Below are positions 59,935 to 64,000 of a stretch of 64,000 nucleotides of DNA, one piece after another. This DNA is from Eledone cirrhosa (taxonomy: Eukaryota). The notes below the pieces were generated by a model. That model was not told where the DNA came from and made no database searches. It saw only the letters and a program-made list of their open reading frames with translations. The stretch is from positions 89,590,001 through 89,654,000 of the forward strand of contig OZ024746.1 in NCBI GenBank assembly GCA_964016885.1, read 5' to 3'. Within the stretch, counting starts at the first letter, position 1, and the number at the start of each line of letters is the position of its first letter. A program made the position numbers and the translations under genes.

Positions 59935-60330
59935 TTGTAATTGCCACCTACCTGAAACCTGTCCATTGCATAATGAATGTATGCAGTCTAACCTGGTTTA
60001 CCAATGCACGGTCGAATCAGACAACCAGAAGTGGTATTACATCGGAGCGACTGGGAATACATTTAAAGCTCGTTGGTATACACATCGTTATGCAATGAAA
60101 CATTCGCTGCATCGTTATATAACTACAATTGCGAACAAGACCTGGCAACTGAGGGAAAGTAACCATCAATACACCCTGAAGTGGAATAAATTATCGAACG
60201 CGCCTGCATATCGGAGTGGTATGAGAAGCTGTCGGTTTGTGACCTTGAACTGTCCACATTTTGAGTTCGAAGAATAAGTTACTCAACAATAAAATCGAAA
60301 GATCAATTTATTGCAACCACAGACTTAAAG
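59935..60330 (+). pseudogene. PLE GIY-YIG endonuclease fragment
   Basis: CNCHLPETCPLHNECMQSNLVYQCTV...YYIGATGNTFKARWYTH...LKW...APAY..G.RSCR. Confidence 0.8.
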
Positions 60331-61083
60331 AAATTTGTTCGCACTACAAGTGCAAATCGAACCCTTAACCTCCTACTACCACCTGACAAACTGCATATAC
60401 TAAGACTTTCTACCCTCTTATTGAATCTAACCCCTTTAATTACCCACAGTAACCAATACTTATGTCCCTCTCTCCTCCTTCATTCCTTTTTTTCTTTTTT
60501 AATTTTCTTCTTTACTTCTTTCTTCTCTTCCCCCTTTTTTTATATATATATATATATATCTATACCACCCTCCCCCTCTCTCTCTCTCTCTTTCTTCCTC
60601 CCACTCTAAACAATTTAATTCTCGTTAACTCCCTACACTGTAAATTTACGACATCAAGTCTACGAATCAAAAGTGATCGAAGAATCCTTAGATCTTTACC
60701 CCTCCCTCCATCTCCGTTTGTCCCTCTACTTCCTAATTCTTCTCCTCCTTCCTCTCTCTCTATACTAGTAAATACGATAAAAAAAAATTTTTTTTTATTT
60801 ATATAAGAATCTTTTACAAGTAACTTATTGATTAGTTTCAATATTTGGAGGTGAATAACAGTTATTATGGAGTGGCTGCTATTTGCAGTATAGCGATATA
60901 AGGTTGCGCTTACCAATGAAACGGCCGTAAATACCTGGATACAATCCTTTTTTAATGCTTACCTGTGTTTTCTCTTTTATTGTTTATAGTCCAAGATTGA
61001 ACGGGATTTACTAACAAGATTGTTGTAAACTAGTGGAGTTACCACTAATCGAACTAGATTCCAATAAGCGAATTTCTGCTTTC

Positions 61084-61135
<52 letters not shown>

Positions 61136-61140
<5 letters not shown>

Positions 61141-61505
61141 ATTAAATAAATGGAAACTATATTTATAAAACGATATTTATTTCATTATATATATTTCAGG
61201 GATATCATATTAACAATATGCTATGCCTTCCTCAGACAAAATACAATATAAACAGTTTTATAGATAAATAGATTCGACATACCGTAACAACATCTACTTG
61301 CATTTGAGAAGGTTGATTTTGTCTGAGGAAGGCATAGCATATTGTTAATATGATATCCCTGAAATATATATAATGAAATAAATATGGTTTTATAAATATA
61401 GTTTCCATTTATTTAATATTGTAAATATACTCCAAATATTTGTCGAGTGCTTTTATATCAGTTATAAATATTTACTAGTTGTAACACAACAATTTAAATA
61501 TAACT

Positions 61506-61509
<4 letters not shown>
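61136..61509 (+). mobile_element. Fold-back element, family C, with HHR
   Basis: Arms 61136-61243 and ~61316-61423, with an unduplicated tail 61424-61509. Lies between TA runs. Confidence 0.8.
61318..61377 (+). ncRNA. Type-I hammerhead ribozyme (family C), with an inverted copy at ~61182-61241
   Basis: TTTGT-CTGAGGA-AGGCATAGCATATT GTT AATATGATATCCCT-GAAA-TATATA-TA-ATGAA, then AATAAA. Stem I is weak (G-U pairs). Confidence 0.7.
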
Positions 61510-61571
<62 letters not shown>

Positions 61572-61764
61572 ATCAGAGCAAACAGCACGGACACTCTATC
61601 TCAAAATTATTTTTGAAAAGCATTTAGAAATGCGCAACCGGTAAAAACTTAAAAACTTAAAACCACAACTGAATACTAACCCATACAATCACTAATACTC
61701 TTTTATTCCTAATTAAACCATTTTTCAACTGTGAACAATTTGTCAGCATTTTCTATTCCGTTTA

Positions 61765-61821
<57 letters not shown>

Positions 61822-61849
61822 ATGTGTGTGTGTATATGTATATTTATTA

Positions 61850-62712
61850 TTGCTATTAGAATTAATCCATAGATTCAATCCTAGATCTCATCCCTATAAC
61901 TGTTTTAAATAATGAACTATTAATGAGCACTATATATTACATTATATTCAATGATCTAACAAAACATTACCAGACATGCATTTAAACCTATTAGAAAACC
62001 AGATTATTAATGAGATTTCTTATTCGAAAATAAAATTCCCTACAGGTAAAACTTCATTCTGACCACTCTAACACAATACATTACTTACACACATTTTATT
62101 ATTTTCTTACCTATAGATTATTTTATCTAAATTTTACTTTTCTTTGGTTCCATCTATATTCCTCTACTTGTTCTATTTTTAGAACAAATTATTTTTCTTG
62201 AACAAAGAAATAACAAATATTTAGGATTGTTCTATACTGTTCTACTAGATATAACACACTGATATCTACACCCCTTTTCCTCCAACTTTAATCTTCCTTG
62301 ACCGTTCGCAATTTTCTATACAATCTATCTAAATTCCTTTACACTCACAACTTTCTTTGCCTTTCTTAAGGGTCCTTCGATACCTCATCCCCTGACTGCT
62401 AATTTATTCATCTACTACTACCAGCTTTTGATCTATATTGCCCCTTCCTATTTTTACTATTGGTCAATCTCAAACTTGTTCTTAAAAGGTTACTTATTCA
62501 TACATGTGTTTATATTCTACAATAAACAAAACTCATTATTTCTGAAGACGGCGGGTAGGGAAGACGTATGTATATTTTCTTACTTTGATAACTTGTAATA
62601 TATTTTACATAGATCAATAATAGAACCCCAGAAACGATCGTAAAATAATGAGTTTTACAAAGAATTACCCGTATCTTGTTTAATTTCATTGTTTTCACTA
62701 TTTGTATTATAT
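61850..62712 (+). mobile_element. Family D non-coding element (~850 bp)
   Basis: Homologous over its length to 54273-55445. No ORF; HHR near the 3' end. Confidence 0.8.
62531..62653 (+). ncRNA. Hammerhead ribozyme with long stem II (family D)
   Basis: ACTCATTATTT-CTGAAGA-...-GAAA-CGATCG-TA-AAATAATGAGT, with a perfect 11-bp stem I and a GUA triplet. Confidence 0.78.
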
Positions 62713-62720
62713 ATATATAT

Positions 62721-62955
62721 ATAACGAAGGAGTGGTGGTAAGGAACCATATGGACTATAACGCAACAAAGTACTCAATACTTAGGGTAGTAGATTGGGTA
62801 AAGTATGACCCCGACGTTTTTTGGGGTTCTATTATTGATCTATGTAAAATATATTACAAGTTATCATACTTGTTCCTATTACACACTCTACTACCCTAAG
62901 TATTGAGTACTTTGGTGCGTTATGATCCATCTGGTTCCTTACCACATTTCCTTCG

Positions 62956-62960
<5 letters not shown>
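62721..62960. mobile_element. Family A tail palindrome with a captured 45-bp neighbour segment
   Basis: 62721-62800 is inverted at ~62878-62960. The spacer contains the exact reverse complement of 62586-62630. Confidence 0.8.
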
Positions 62961-63001
<41 letters not shown>

Positions 63002-64000
63002 TAATAGGAAATCTACCAAAATCCCATACACAAGTTATTATGATAGTGGAAGCTATGTCAGGATGCAATTGTCTAAACTGACGTAGAGGACACATTTTGT
63101 GATGTTGGTATCAATGTACTGGAGCTGAGAATTATAATCCTATCCTTACAACTAAACTACATTTGATCACAGCGTTCAGACATTCAGTGCAATATAAGAC
63201 TAAATGTCAAGTGTTGCGTAGTCTTGTTCTTTGACTGTCAAGATTTTATCCATAGCTGTCCCATAGTCTAGAGAAGTTATTCTCAGCATTCTCTTTCAGC
63301 GTCACCCTTCCAGATATTCCAAGATATTAGATGAATTGTAAAACACATGTAAACATCGATTGTTATTTATAAAAGCTCATTTCACTGCTCTAACTGTTGA
63401 TCCGAATTTGACGACTGCCTTGTTAGAATAATATGGTAGATGAGAAAGTTTGTGAAACCTTGTCCAGTGTTTGTCTACGTCTACACCACCAGATGCACAT
63501 GTTAAAAATGACTACCAAAACAATAAAACGAGAAGCAAAAATTCGTGCTTATAAGTAAAATCAGTTTTACATTTTACGACTTTCAGGTATTTTGATGTTA
63601 GAGACATAACTTGTTTCGTCAAATAAAAATATTGGTTCATTTTCATTCATTCTATGAAGTATGATAAATAATTTTTATTCATTCATATTATTACCCTCCA
63701 CGTCCATCTTCGTTTTTAGTGGCTTTTTTTATCAAGTAAATATAAAATTGACGTTAGAAAAGCCACGGAAAAATTTCAAATGACATTTTTGTATAGAAAC
63801 CTTCAATATTCTTCTTGGTTTGGATTCATTCAAATGAATTTTCTATATTTTTTTAGAGAGAAATAGAATTTTGTGTTCATCTATTTCTTACATTATATCT
63901 TCGTGCATAACAATATTAACGTTAAGTAGATTGTGAAAGCCTTAAACGAATGTAAGGAAGAAAAACTGTCTAAATACACGGAGAGAGGAAGGCGTATTTA

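Larger units (their letters stand above)
58509..61089 (+). mobile_element. Penelope-like element (RT fragment, GIY-YIG, 5' inverted pLTR)
   Basis: RT motifs in 58783-59529 and endonuclease motifs at ~59935-60330. 58509-58690 is the reverse complement of ~60800-60979. Flanked by microsatellites. Confidence 0.88.

Noticed and set aside
63000-63500. Possible decayed LINE fragment
   Set aside because: No interpretable RT or endonuclease motif could be read.

Overview
This is a eukaryotic, very AT-rich and apparently gene-poor window. It is packed with (TA)n/(CA)n/(TACA)n microsatellites and tRNA-derived SINEs; the repeat landscape suggests an octopus or other cephalopod genome (inference). No host protein-coding gene could be supported, and almost all listed ORFs are microsatellite artefacts. 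The real coding content is retrotransposon-derived: (1) a near full-length CR1/L2-group LINE on the minus strand (~20.5-24.9 kb) whose ORF1 combines a Myb/SANT-like domain, poly-Q and two CCCH zinc fingers; (2) an L1/Tx1-like 3' fragment; (3) two RTE-like 5' fragments; (4) four decayed Penelope-like element (PLE) loci with RT and/or GIY-YIG remnants. The most striking signal is non-coding. About a dozen minimal type-I hammerhead ribozyme (HHR) motifs of many different sequence families lie in short elements inserted into TA runs. They are often arranged as fold-back palindromes, and one is a 543-nt retrozyme-like unit with direct and inverted repeats. Several unrelated families also share a covarying 3' hairpin (ACTC-helix-TY-GAGT) that lies just past the point where the inverted arm begins, a candidate cis-signal for PLE-driven mobilisation. 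Coordinates were read by eye and may be off by a few bases.
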